Source of the DNA: Psilocybe cubensis
Taxonomy: Eukaryota
Direction: 5' to 3'
DNA: 64,000 nucleotides
NCBI GenBank assembly: GCA_017499595.2
Contig: CM038998.1
Span: 2,232,001 to 2,296,000, forward strand
Positions 11,012 to 23,446 of the stretch are shown here, piece by piece; the first letter of the stretch is position 1, and the number at the start of each line of letters is the position of its first letter. Both the position numbers and the translations under genes were made by a program. Below the pieces are notes generated by a model. The model saw nothing but the letters and a program-made list of their open reading frames with translations. It had not been told where the DNA came from and did no database searches.

Positions 11012-12448
11012 ATGCAGATCAGTTTTGTGACACTGGCACTTGCTCTGACAGCGTCAGCGGTGTCATTGCCTGAGAGGGCTGTCTTTAACAGACGAGCGGC
11101 GATCGACCTTCAGAATGGCCAGGATGCCATTGCTCTAAAGTTTGTGTTTTATGACATGGCGTCTGAAACTGTAATTGCTAAACACTTGGTTATAGCAATA
11201 AATTCAAGACACTTACTGCTTCCTCCCCTTGCACTGCTCCTGAAAATGCTTGCGTAGGAGGCAAATTCGCTCAGTGCGTCGGTGGCAAATTCACTATTCT
11301 TGGCTGTGCCGGCGGAACTGTGTAAGTATAGGATTTCGCTTTTAACGACCTGTCAGTAATAGCTCATCTGCTACACACACAAAGTTGCGCTGCTCTTCCA
11401 AATGTTGGATCGGCTGGGACAAGTATTGCTTGCACAACACAAGCTGATTTGGCTCAGCGCCTCGCCGCGGTACGTATATTCTAATTCCAAAGATGGACAT
11501 GCAACTAATTTACTATAATTAATAGACGGGTGCACAGGATGCCTCTGCAACCTCTGCCGCCCCCCCTGCAGCCAGCACGGTTGCTGCCCCACCACCGACT
11601 GCCGAAACTGTATGAACTTTATTGCCTGTGTTCTATATACCACTGATAGATTTCACACTTGCGCTTTTCAGGGTTCAGGCAGTGGAGACGATGCGCAAAC
11701 ATCTCTGAGTAAGTCGCGTCCACCCAAGAGTATGGATCGCATATATTAAATTTGCATTAAAGCTCTTGATCCTGCTGTCATTGCCAAGGGATTCGCCAAT
11801 GACGGACAGGACACACCCACCGCTGGTCAAGTTGCGTCTTTGACTTCGACGAACAACTTTATCAATTTCTGCAAGACGGTCAACTTGCCATTGACCAACG
11901 GCGCTCAAGTCGTGGATGGCTCTTGTAACCCTGCTCCGATGGGAGTGATCCCTGCCAAAACCAAGATGCCCTCATCGAAATTCATCTTCCCGCCCAACAA
12001 TGGTAAAGTAGCAGCCAACCAACTGTTCACCATCAAGATGGCCATCAACAATCTTGAAACGGGAAACTTTGTCAATGCAGCTGAGAACTATTTCTCTGCT
12101 CCTCAGCAACTGAACGCACAGGGACTTATTCGCGGTCACTCTCACGTTGTTATTGAAAAGTTGGACTCTTTGGACCAGACGACAACCACTGACCCTACAG
12201 TGTTTGCCTTTTTCAAGGGCCTGAACGGTGCTGCTTCTGGTGGCGTTCTCACTGCTGATGTGGATAAGGGTCTCCCCGCCGGATTCTACAAGCTGTCTTC
12301 GATCAACACTGCTGCCAACCATCAACCAGTGCTTGTGCCTGTTGCCCAGCACGGATCTCTGGATGATGCAGTCTACGTAAGTTCCTTTTGACTAGTTGAT
12401 ATCGCAACGATTGTAATGATTGATTGATTATAGTTCACTGTGGCTTGA
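11012..12448 (+). CDS. Secreted protein (paralog B): signal peptide, Cys-rich CBM19-like module, Ala/Pro linker, same conserved core domain as paralog A
   Basis: Signal MQISFVTLALALTASAVS; NGQDAIALNNKF..SPC..ENACVGGKFAQCVGGKF...C..GTVCAALP...TSIACTT; core NNFINFC...GSCNPAPMG...GHSHVVIE...AANHQPVLVPVAQHGSLDDAVYFTVA*. Confidence 0.85.
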
Positions 12449-12603
12449 TTGAGAAGACAAGACGAGATATAGTATATACATACCTTGTTCCCTATAAATT
12501 GAATAATCCTTTAATGCTTATGTATGAATATGGTTGAAGTGATTATTGGATTGTGCCCAAATTTTTCAATATACGAATTGGTAAGTATATATGGTTTTTG
12601 AAT

Positions 12604-13423
12604 CTATTTGGAGGGCTCGGCGTCTTCGAGAGGAGGGGGACCATCGTCATCCGAGTCGTCGTCGTCGTGGTCGTCAGCAGCTGAGCCGGACGTTCCTGCG
12701 CCACCAAAGTCAGGCATTCCACCGCCGCCTGCACCCATCTGTGCCATCATCTGGAGAATAAATGAGATAAAAGATGAGAAAAGAGGGGTGGGAAAGCGAA
12801 TACCTTTTCAAAATCCATTCCACCCATGCCGCCCATACCACCCATACCTCCCATGCCCATGGGATCCATGTCATCAGGGATATCGTCTGGGGCGTCACCT
12901 TGCTCGTCTTCATCGACCCATTTGCTAAAGTCTGTCTTCAAAAAGGCATTCTTGACCTTTTCCTTTGTGAGACGGGGCCAGTATTCGGATTGCTTGTCCT
13001 TTTTGCGAATGACAAGGTTGAAGGAACGAGAATTTAGTTTTTTTGTTGATTTCTAGTGAAAAGGGATGAATGGGAGACACAGAGAGAAGAGGAATAGGAC
13101 GGACCTCTGGAACGACCTCGCGGTAAAAGTCGAGATCAAAGGCATACTCCTTCTTCTCCTGACTGCAGAGCGATTAGAGAGGAAAAGGAGGGGGGAATTG
13201 GAGAGAGACATACGATCCTGTGTTTGCCTTGAAGGAGATGGAGGTTGGAGTGAGTTCATAGACGAGGGAGGACTCGTTGATGTCGGGGAGATTGACGGTG
13301 AGGAAGAGGATATTCTGAGGGAGAGTGAGAGAGTGAGAAGATGGAAGAAAGAATTGAACGGACCTTTTCGTCGTCAGAGTCAGAGCTCCTCTGAGCCCAA
13401 AGAACTTCGGGATGCTGTACCAT
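12604..13423 (-). CDS. SBA1: Hsp90 co-chaperone p23/Sba1 (CS domain)
   Basis: MVQHPEVLWAQRSS; EYWPRLTKEKVK..FLKTDFSKWVDEDEQ; GM repeats and acidic tail. Confidence 0.93.
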
Positions 13424-13755
13424 TGTGAGTGTGGGGAGGGAGAAGGGAGGGAGGAGATTAAGATAATAAGAATGGGTGATCTGTAGAAGGGTCTCGAAAG
13501 TTGAAGACTAAATTATATTCGGGCGGCGATTAAATAATTGGAGAGCCGACAGACGGCACGGGAAGAGTCCAACACGGGCGTTAGTTGCTAGATACAATAA
13601 TGTGGTGAGTGAAGAGAGAGAGAGAGACTGTCTGTACGCTGACTGAATTGCAGGTGCACCCGATGGTATCTGCCGCTCATCCTGCTTCCCCTGCCGACTG
13701 CCCCTCCGTATTTCCTTGCCTTGTTTCTCTTCTCACTCACGCTCCACGCAAGACC

Positions 13756-14373
13756 ATGGTCTGTCTCTCTGCCATTTCTCTCCCGTCGAGCTCACTCATT
13801 TTTTCGCTTTCTAGTTTCTACTGCGTCGTTCTTCTCTGCACTCTGTCCATCTCTTCCTGCTACTGGCAGCCATTTCCCATCGACAGTCCCCTCACTACTC
13901 CCTGGGCTGACAACATCACCACCTTTGCCCATGCCCTCCGCTCTACCCTTCCAGCCAACTATTCAAAGCCTCTGCCTCCTGTCATGCGTGCTGCAGATCG
14001 CTGTTGGTGCGAGCTTGGCTCAGGCGTCTTTTTTGAGCCCTTTAATGTCACAAACTGGGAGTATCGCAGCGTACAACGTCTCAGCCAGAAGCTCATCAGC
14101 GACATCCCCACCGACCACCCCGTCAACTCTACTCTCTCACCCGATCTATCTATCCCCCATTCACCGCCCCCGTCTGCTTTCTTGATTTTTTTGTCGGCAA
14201 TTTTATCCCGCATCCCTCTCTCTTCGCGTGTCGAGTCAGAACCACCCCCACAAATTCATCAACCCATCAACTCTTCCTCACTTTCTGGACCACCTCTCCC
14301 CTTGCTGCCCACACAGTATGACCTACGTCCTTATGGCCTGGGCATCATTCTTGATTTGGGTTGGTCCAGGTAA
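13756..14373 (+). CDS. Hypothetical protein with N-terminal hydrophobic segment (single exon)
   Basis: Long ORF 13609-14373; likely start MVCLSAISL; hydrophobic stretch followed by ADRCWC and a C-terminal YDLRPYGLGIILDLGWSR. No recognised domain. Confidence 0.55.
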   Translation: MVCLSAISLPSSSLIFSLSSFYCVVLLCTLSISSCYWQPFPIDSPLTTPWADNITTFAHALRSTLPANYSKPLPPVMRAADRCWCELGSGVFFEPFNVTNWEYRSVQRLSQKLISDIPTDHPVNSTLSPDLSIPHSPPPSAFLIFLSAILSRIPLSSRVESEPPPQIHQPINSSSLSGPPLPLLPTQYDLRPYGLGIILDLGWSR

Positions 14374-14568
14374 TCCTACTAGATATAATAATGTAATATG
14401 CAATACACTTTTCTCTGAGAATTACTCCAAGGCGTGAGATAGTGTTACAAATTCGGCAAGATTCAGACCATGTTCGTCAAGAGACGTCAGAAACCGGTTC
14501 ATCAAATTTCTATTTTCTCATTCTACACTATCTCATACTCTTCATTTCCTCGGTCCATCTTTGACACT

Positions 14569-17172
14569 ATGGCGTCAGACCTTCGCGGTCAGCCAGCCAC
14601 TAGTCGACGCCAAAAGTCAAAAAATCCTATGGATCCTGTGGTAACCGAGGCCGCGTCCAGCTCCTCAAGTGCCTTTAGCAAACTCGAGCTCGTCCAAAAG
14701 GCATTCATGGCTCCTTTCACCCATAAGAAAACCGACTCGACTCGCATATTATCTGACCGTATGTTCTTCTCTTTCCCAGTCTTCACTGATACTCAACCGT
14801 CACTCAAAGTTGCGCCTGTGATAATGACTCCCCGCATGATCAACTCGGCTGCTACAGTCGCCTCAAAACCACAAGCCTCAATTACAGGCCCCACAATCTC
14901 GCGCTCAAGGATGGACTTTTCTTCACTAGGCCGTGCTCCTCTCCGTCTGGGGCTTGGCTCAAAGCGCATCACGTCGGGAGATCTACAAATTTTCGAGGCA
15001 ACAGAGGAATTGCTCGAGGCTGAAGTCCCCGAGCCGGAGGGCGTCGCGTCCAACGTCAGTCTTCTCCGAGGATTCAACGCCACCATCCCCAGTGCCGAGC
15101 AGAGTAAGACCAGGAGACGACAAATGCGCAATGTCGATACTCCCCGCCTTGGATTGAAGAAACTCGGAATGAGTGCTCGCGGCTTGCTCACAGATGAGGA
15201 TGACCATGAAGGCCAAAGCGTAGCCAGCGAGGATGATGTAGTCGTAGTCAAGCACGCCCAGTCGGGCAAGAAGAAGAGCAGAGAGAGTCTGAGTGCTACC
15301 AAGAAGCTGGGGAAAGAGGAATTGGTTCGGCAGACGGAGGAAATCATGCTCGACAAGGAGAATATCCATGTTAAAAGGGTGCGTCTACAATTTTTCGATT
15401 AATCAAGTACACATATTCAATCTCCAACTAGAGTCTCATTAACAATGAAATTAAAGAGATCACTCATAAGATTCAGGCCCTTGATGACATCAGAGCCAAG
15501 CTCGAGCAAGACCTCCTCAAGTTGCAGGAAGAAGAGCTAGAACTGGATGATGAGCGTGAGTTTTATTTTTGTCATGACTCGCTGCATAAATTCAGAGTCC
15601 GAGGTTGTACAGTTGAGGGTGTAAAAGAAAGAATAAAGTATGAACAGGCTTCTAGTCATCAACCGGCTAGTGCTGTCAAGAATCTTCATCTTCCACCGAG
15701 TTCCAGACGTCGAAAAGGTTCACCACTATCTGTCTTTTATGTATGCTCCTTTAACAGCCATCTTTCAGGTCCTGCCTTCCTCCCATCGGAACATGATGAA
15801 CTTCCTCCGGGTGTCGCATTCATGGTATGATATCTCATCTTCTATGTTATAGTATCTCACTGTTCGACTAGACCTTGGACAGCCATACAACTCCGATTAC
15901 GACTCTGGACTTTTCCGAACCGTATGGTACCCTTGTCAGCGCTTCACAAGAGGATGCCCAACCCCGGGTCTGGGATCTTCTTACAGGTGATGAAATAGGA
16001 AGACTTCGGGGTCACATTGGCGCCGTTCACTGCTTGCAAGTTGAGGATCATGTATGTCTGACTGGAGGCGCAGACGGTAATGTACGACTTTGGGATTTAA
16101 GAAGAGTAAATGACTCCGATGGATGGGGTGAAGGGGAGATGGTGAACCTGAGTGATGTACCCGAGGAAGACGAGGAGGGAGGCGAATTGGTTGAGCATCC
16201 CAGCAGTATCAGAAACTCTGCAGACGAGAACGAACACAAAGATAGTAGCTGCGCAAGACTCCTGGAAGGGCACACCCAAGCCGTAACAGCTTTATATTTC
16301 GAAGATGAATGTCTGGTAGGTCAACTCTTTTTGTGAAACTATCCATCAGTTTAATACCATTCATTCTATAGGTTACCGGTGCTTCAGATAAAACTCTTAG
16401 GCAGTGGGATCTCACTACGGGACAATGCGTGATGACTATGGACATCCTTTGGGCCATATCACATCCAGCCAATGGGAGTATATCAAACCCGCTCGCTAGT
16501 CAAAGTTTCCCCGGAAGCTTTTCTGTACAAACACCTCCGTATGCGGATGGGACTAGAGAAGTATACGAGGATTTCGTAGGGGGAGTCCAATTCTGGGGAT
16601 ACGGTTTGGTTAGTGGCAGTGGAGATGGTGCTGTAAGGATGTGGGACAGTAAGCGCCGTCAATTATTGTTCAATGACCTTGTTATTAATCATCTTGTTAT
16701 CCAGTGCGGACAGGTCAAGCGCATAGAACATTGCTCGGACATACTGGCCCTGTAACATGTCTACAGTTCGATGAAATACACATTGCTAGTGGAAGTTTGG
16801 ACAAGACAATGAAAGTGTGTATGCTTTCTATTCCATTTCTTGCCAATTTTCATCTTTCCCCTAGATTTGGGATCTTCGCATGGGCGGAATCTTTGAAACC
16901 ATCCATTATGATCATGCTGTCACGGCTCTGCAATTTGACTCTCGCAAAATTGTTGCAGCAGCGGGAGAAAATGGCGTCAAGGTGATGTATCCCCCCCTAT
17001 ATCTCATTGCAATAATTCTGACTACTGTTATTAGATTTATAATCGTACAAGTACACAACAATCTACCTTACTCACTAATGGACACACAAAACCTGTAGAG
17101 AGACTTAGATATATGGACCGGTATCTCGTTACAGGAGGCCGGGATGCCAAACTTAAAATATGGTCACTATAG
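14569..17172 (+). CDS. MDV1: Mitochondrial fission adaptor Mdv1/Caf4 (N-terminal extension, coiled coil, WD40 repeats)
   Basis: [12 protein letters not shown] motif, coiled coil ([18 protein letters not shown]), WD40 repeats [55 protein letters not shown]. Confidence 0.92.
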
Positions 17173-17237
17173 AATATATTAACAATAACATAATTAAAAT
17201 CCACTGCGTGAAGCTTACCCTTTTTCCAGTGAGCAAG

Positions 17238-19465
17238 ATGGAGCGGTCACATGACCAGAGGTTGTATTCGCGTTCAACCTTCCTTGGCAAAGGTTTCGTT
17301 CAAGACCCTTTTTATATTTCTCTTCATCCATTATCTCATACGCCTTCTTGAGATTGCGCATCTGATTTCTCTTTCTGTAACAGTAAATTCCTTCTATCCC
17401 ACATGCCGACAGAAAGACGTGATATCTTCTCAACTCGATCAAACGCGACATTCGCCCCTTTAAATAGTACCCATTTGCGAAATGTTGAAATCGTCTCAGA
17501 CAGCGAGGAAGATCGTCAAAAGTGCGTGGTATAATCGCTAATTTCTTTTCTACACTGAATCGTCTGGCATCTCAGGAAAGCTGCAAGTAATCCCAAACAC
17601 CCTATTCTCCGCAAAGTTGTCGAGATCATAGAAATTTCTTCAGACGAAAGGCAAGTGGGGTGCTACTCCCTCTAAGAAGGCACTCTCAGCTAAGTTTACG
17701 TATAGTGAAGATGACGTGGTAGTCACTCGAAGTCCAACAAAGTAAGCTTTTCATTCTGTATGCCATGTACACTCTTGTAAACTGTTCAATAGACCCTCGG
17801 CAATGCCACAGACTCCACGGAAACATGGTTGGAATGGAATGCCACAATACTCAAAGAGACGTGTCATAGAAAGCTCAGATGAAGCGTCTAGTGAACCTGA
17901 GATTATCGAACTCAGCGACAGTTCAGATGACGACGAGCCCCCGGCTCTCAAACAAACTTCACGGATTCCACCGGCCAAGGAGACCACTCTCCCGCTAACC
18001 CAGTGGAAAAAGACGTTGGATGAAGCTATAATTGTATTGTGAGTTTCTCTTTGCATTGTGTCCGTCGTTGCCGACGTTGAATGTCCGCCTTAAGCGATGA
18101 GCCAAGGAGTGCGAGAACACCAATACGAATGGGAAGCAGGAAACCCACTTCAGATGTCACTAAATTGGCACATGACATGGACCGAGTTCATGACCCCAAA
18201 AAGACTAATATCGCTTCCTCAGATCACATTTCAAACGTCGTTGAGGGCGTATCATCAAAACCAATACCAGGTAAAAGCACTAAAGGCATATCTCAGCAAA
18301 CATCAAAAAGAATTACAAAAAAGGCCCAACTGGAAGCGGAACAAAGGCGACTTCATGCATATGCGCAACAACTATTTAACGATCTGAACAAATATGTTTT
18401 TAATCAGCAACTACCAGAGGGAACACTGCTTAATTGGAATAAGAGACTGCTTACTACCGCAGGTCGTGCAAAGTATCATCGGTTCGTGTTGTCTTCATCC
18501 ATGGATGCCTTTCAGTGACCTTTTATTTCTCTGTTATAGGTCAAGAGATGGCGTTCTAACGACCGAAATTGAATTGGCCGAGAAGATCCTGGATTGTGAT
18601 GGTTTGTATGCTTCTAAATACATGAAAGCTGCTGTCTAATAAGTGTGAACAAACAAGAAAGAATTAGGAACACCCTTTCGCATGAAATGTGCCACCTGGC
18701 GACTTGGGTGATCGACAAAAAACTGGATGAGCACCACGGAAAATTATTCAAATATTGGTCTGTCTGAGCATCTTGGATGGCATGACATTGATTGATTAAT
18801 TCATACAGGGCCAGCCGCATCACATACATGAGGCCAGATATACATGTATCTGTAAGCCAACCATGCCTTTATTTTCCAATGGCTGATGATACGCCAGATA
18901 AAACATGATTATGAGATTTCTTATCCTTATAATTGGGGTGAGACTGTCCACTCTGAACTTGGGTACATAATTTTGATACGTTTCAACAACAGAATGTGCC
19001 AAATGCTCCAAAATGTAATGGCGTCGTGGACGGGCAGCACTTTGCTATCACTATCCAAAGATTACTTTTTAAATGCCTTTTGCTTACAGATACGGCCGTT
19101 TCAGTAAGTCGATTCGACCCGATGAGTGTCGTGAGTATAGATTGGTATGGAGGAGTAGGGGAGGTATCTCACAACTACTTCTATTATTCTTAGGATGTGG
19201 CGCTTGCAAAGAAGGTATCTTGGTACCGCTCTTCAAGTCGAGGGCAAAGTCTGGCAGCAAAAACGACAAACTTAGCCGTATGGCTGCTGTCAAAGCTCAA
19301 GGTGAGGACTTTAAGATATGGTGGTAACATTCTGGACTAAAATACGCGCCAGATTCGCCTCGGGCATCGCAACAGAGTACAGAAAGACAACCGCCCAATC
19401 AGGGTTCAGATTCAGACTCTGATGTGAAGGCTATAGCCGAGATTTTGGGGCTTACTTCTCTATAA
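17238..19465 (+). CDS. SprT-like zinc metalloprotease (GCNA/ACRC-type) with disordered acidic N-terminus
   Basis: WNKRLLTTAGRA, IELAEKILD, TLSHEMCHLATW (HExxH), HHGKLFKYW, YEISYPYNWEC..C...YGRFSKSI...CGACKEG zinc ribbon. Start codon is uncertain. Confidence 0.85.
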
Positions 19466-19607
19466 CGTCGTTAAAAGGTTGATGCCTTCAAGGGATAAAG
19501 GCTGGCGTAGACAAATGAAGTGACAAGCAATCATAATAATGGTTACAATATTACGTGGTACCGTACAATTTACATTTAAAGATACATTTAAAAGATGAAC
19601 AAAAATA

Positions 19608-21729
19608 TCATTTAATTTCATTAACCAAGATAGGCAATTGTGTTCCTTCAGCCCATTTGCCAGAAACGAATGGTCGGGTAAGAATGGTGTTGAATTTGCT
19701 AACAGGAACGCCGTCTGCAGGTTTAAATTCGAACGCTGGTAGAAGAATAGCGAGAAAGATTTTCATTTCTGCGACAGTGAACTTATACCCTAGGCAAGAT
19801 TGATGCCCGTATCCAAATGTCAACAGGTTATTGGGACCCAGTCTATAGTTGGAGTAAGATGGTTTTGACCATCGACTGGGGCTAAATAACGTAAAAAACA
19901 AATAAGTGAAATGATAACAGATGAAAAGGTGACGACGCACTTGAACACCAATGAATCGGGACCCCATACATCTTCACTGAGGTTCCAACCTTCAATGGGA
20001 ACGTGCACATAGCTACCCTTTTTGATAGTCAGATAATCATCCCTGAAGTCGGTTATTACGCCACTGGCAATTGCTGACCCGTCGAAAAGGGATATTGGAC
20101 GGGATATCGGGATCGGGTGAGTTTGTGTAGCAACGCGAATCGTACCATGCACCGGAGGGCAAAACCTCAAAGTCTCTAGCACGACCGAATTAAGATATGG
20201 AAGATTTTCCACAGCCTCCCATTGTGGTAGGCTTCTGCATCGTCGAGGATATATTGATTGTATCTGCTGAAAAGGTGACTCTGGCTTGCATATTTCACAA
20301 TCGTGATTCTCTGAATCGTAATCCGAGATATCGCCTTCTGATATATGGCTTATTGATTTTATTTCAGCACGCAGGCGTTTTTGGATATCCGGATTCAGAG
20401 AAAGGAGATGGAAGCACCAAGATAGTGCGACGGCAACACTGTCGGATCCAGCCATAAAGAAGGTTGAACATTGATCAAGCAATTCTTGGTCGGTCAACCG
20501 TTCCGAAGGTTTGCTCAGCATATTGGATTTGACTAGGTCACGCATCGTTAGATAAATATAATGAGAGAGAAAGAAGACCGCACTGAGTAGGGATAAGAGA
20601 TCGTTTTCGCCATCTTCTTCTGATATTTGAACGGCAGTCTTTCTCTCAGTAAGGATATGCTCGCCGGCCGTTTTTATGATTTTCAAACATTGGTTAGTTT
20701 CCTTGATATCTTCATTGGGCTGTATAAAAGGTCAGATACTAGTTAAGCAAATGCCATGCAGACATACCCAAATTGTTCTTAAAATAGGAAAATAAAGTTC
20801 CATAATTTGCCTCAGTCCGAGTCCTTTGTCCGCAATGTTAAACATTCGTCTATATGCTGAGTAGACAGGTTCTGATTCGTTTTGTATCGAGTGAAAATCA
20901 TAATTAAATCCCGCCAGGCCGATGACATCAAATGCAGCACGAGAAGTCCAGTGAGCGACGTCAAGAACTGTCCTACAGGGTCTGGACAATGCGTTTTCTG
21001 ACTTGGATTTGGACAAAGAATTGGCATATTGCGACTCTTCCAGGATGTTCTTCCACCGTTCTCGCAATTCCTCCGCTTTGCGAAAGAATATGGGCGTCAT
21101 ATTCTTGACCGACCGAGGGGTGAAAGCTGAGTGAACGATCTTACGTTGTTGGGTATGTTCCTTGCCTTCCATAGAGAAAATGCCTGGGAAAGCAAAGTTG
21201 AAAGACAGGATCTATATTCGCAAGGGTGTTAGCTTCGTACCGCGACCAATCAGTCTGCTCATGAACGATCTGGTTTGCCATGGTTTCTCGAATGCTGAGC
21301 TACCAAGGACCCATTGGATAACGCGAGGGTCAAAGGATATTAAGCGATAATCATGCTACATGACGATATTTAAAAATTGAATGGTGTCAAATAAGAAGGA
21401 TGCATATACCTTGCCAAATCCGTTGAAACGGAACGTCCTTCCAAAACGCCTCTTCCATTCGAGATAGGTGTTCGTACTAAGGGTAGGACTAGATAATCGT
21501 GGATAAATTGCGGGGATAGGCGCGTGCAACAGTTTCAGACTTACTCCATGACTTGCTGGAGGTGACTTTGCAAGAGGGTGCCATCAGGACCGGGAACAAA
21601 TCTCAAAGGATCGAAAATCGGTTGGATAAGAAGCATATTGATGAACCAGAAGAGACCGCGCAGACAGACAAAGAGGACAGCAACGAAACATATTTTGGCG
21701 ATGTCGGATGGGAGGAAAGTATAGAGCAT
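19608..21729 (-). CDS. Cytochrome P450 monooxygenase
   Basis: N-terminal TM and PGP hinge; I-helix FFMAGSDS; K-helix ETLR; spliced FNPSRW; heme motif TFGYGHQSCLG. Confidence 0.93.
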
Positions 21730-22046
21730 GGAGAGGGCGGATGTTGAAAGCGACCACACATGTTGACAGACTAGCTATATAATGACAAGGGTTCCAGTGA
21801 TACACACAAGGTCGTTCTTTTTCCGCATTTGGATATCCCTTTCTTTACCGCTGACTCAGCACTCACACTGCCACTGTTCACTTTAGACGGAGACCGAACC
21901 TTAATCCAGTTCTGTATAGATTACATAATCACTATCCTCAGCGTCAACGTCCCCAGATTTCCAAAGGCAATTAGCAGCCCACAGGCCAAAGTGAGTTTGC
22001 CTCGACGTTGTCTGTTGCTACGCTGATCGACAAATATTCCAGAAAA

Positions 22047-22331
22047 ATGACGCACGACGCAGTCTGGTTCTCTCGCCCCCGCAAGTTTGGAAAAGGCTCC
22101 CGCCAGTGGTGAGTAATTCCTTGGCTACATGTATAGTCATCAGGGCCCAATCTCTCCACCCAGCCGCCTCTGCGCCCACCAGGCCGGTCTCATCCGCAAA
22201 TACGGCCTTGATCTATGCAGACAATGCTTCAGGGAGAAGAGCGCTGCCATCGGTTTTGTTAAGGTGAGGAATGAAATCTTGGACTTATGCACCCGTGTGT
22301 TAATGTGTTTATTCTCTGCCAGAACCGTTAA
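22047..22331 (+). CDS. RPS29: 40S ribosomal protein S29 (uS14)
   Basis: [56 protein letters not shown]. Confidence 0.97.
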
Positions 22332-22727
22332 TCGTATAAAGAATTCTGTTATTCCACAATATAACGATGATTGACCTAGAAACAATACATCTTGAGCGCA
22401 TGTCACGTCAATATGAGTTTATTGCTCTCCAAAATACCAGGATGCAAAACACCAGGAAGACTGCTTTTAAGTCGATTACAAGGCATAATTTTCGACCGTT
22501 CTCGTATCCCAGCATTTCCCTAATACATCCCTGTCTAATCTTCCGGGCGTAGACTTTGTCCTATCATTTAAGTACACGACACTGAACTTTGAATTTGGCC
22601 CCACACATTGTGATCGACGTACGCTATAAGCCCTCCACAATCATACTAAAACAAACATGCATGAAACAGATACGTCGAAGGTAGGTTGAAAATAATGTAC
22701 AATGTAAATGGTTTGGGATTTCGGTCC

Positions 22728-23225
22728 TCAAAGTATCTGCTGAATCAATGTGATGTTATCACCCTTGAGGAGAATGCGCCCTGGAGCAGTGTTAAAGGCT
22801 GGGTATCGCGATATTACACACTAAGGGGCGCACCTAACTCTCGTCGAGGTTTCGCATCCTTGACAAAAACCTCTGCAGCTTCATCAATAACCAGGTTCAT
22901 AAACTCGTCAAATCCCTAAAGGTATTTAAACAATTAAAAGTCTGAAAGAGCAAACCGAATCCATGGGCACATAGTGAAAAGCGACATACGATAATTCTTC
23001 CTTCAATTCTCATCTCGATGTTGTCGTAAAGCCAGATAACGACTTTGGTTTTCTGTATGACAATGAGACGCTTTTATCAGAGTAAAAATTCTCTAAGAGG
23101 TGGCACCTGTTGGAGATTTTTGAAGATTACATTCTATACGACAAGTTGTTGAGTGTGAGTAAATTCGAATAAAATAGGCTACATACAATGGGCTGAACCA
23201 TTACGCGTTGTTGGCGTCCAGACAT
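22728..23225 (-). CDS. SME1: Small nuclear ribonucleoprotein SmE
   Basis: Not in the ORF track. Manual splicing gives MSGRQQRVMVQPI|NVIFKNLQQ|KTKVVIWLYDNIEMRIEGRII|GFDEFMNLVIDEAAEVFVKDAKPRRELG|RILLKGDNITLIQQIL*. Confidence 0.95.
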
Positions 23226-23446
23226 CTTGAAGAAATAGTATGGGGTTGGCGAATGTAAAGAGTGGCTTTAAAGATGAAGATCGAGAACGCGAACCCAAGC
23301 CAGAAGTCGATTCGTTAATGGAACTGGTATTCAAGCTACAGTTACACTGTGGTTAGGGTTCCTAACAAACAAATGGAGCACGTGACACCAACCCTACCCT
23401 GACAACTTCCACCTTAAGCTGGCGACGCGTCGCAATTACCACCAGC

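Noticed and set aside
12825..12870. Short tandem repeats (cccatgccg/cccatacca) resembling a repeat array
   Set aside because: They encode the GMGGMGGM tract typical of p23/Sba1; not CRISPR-like.
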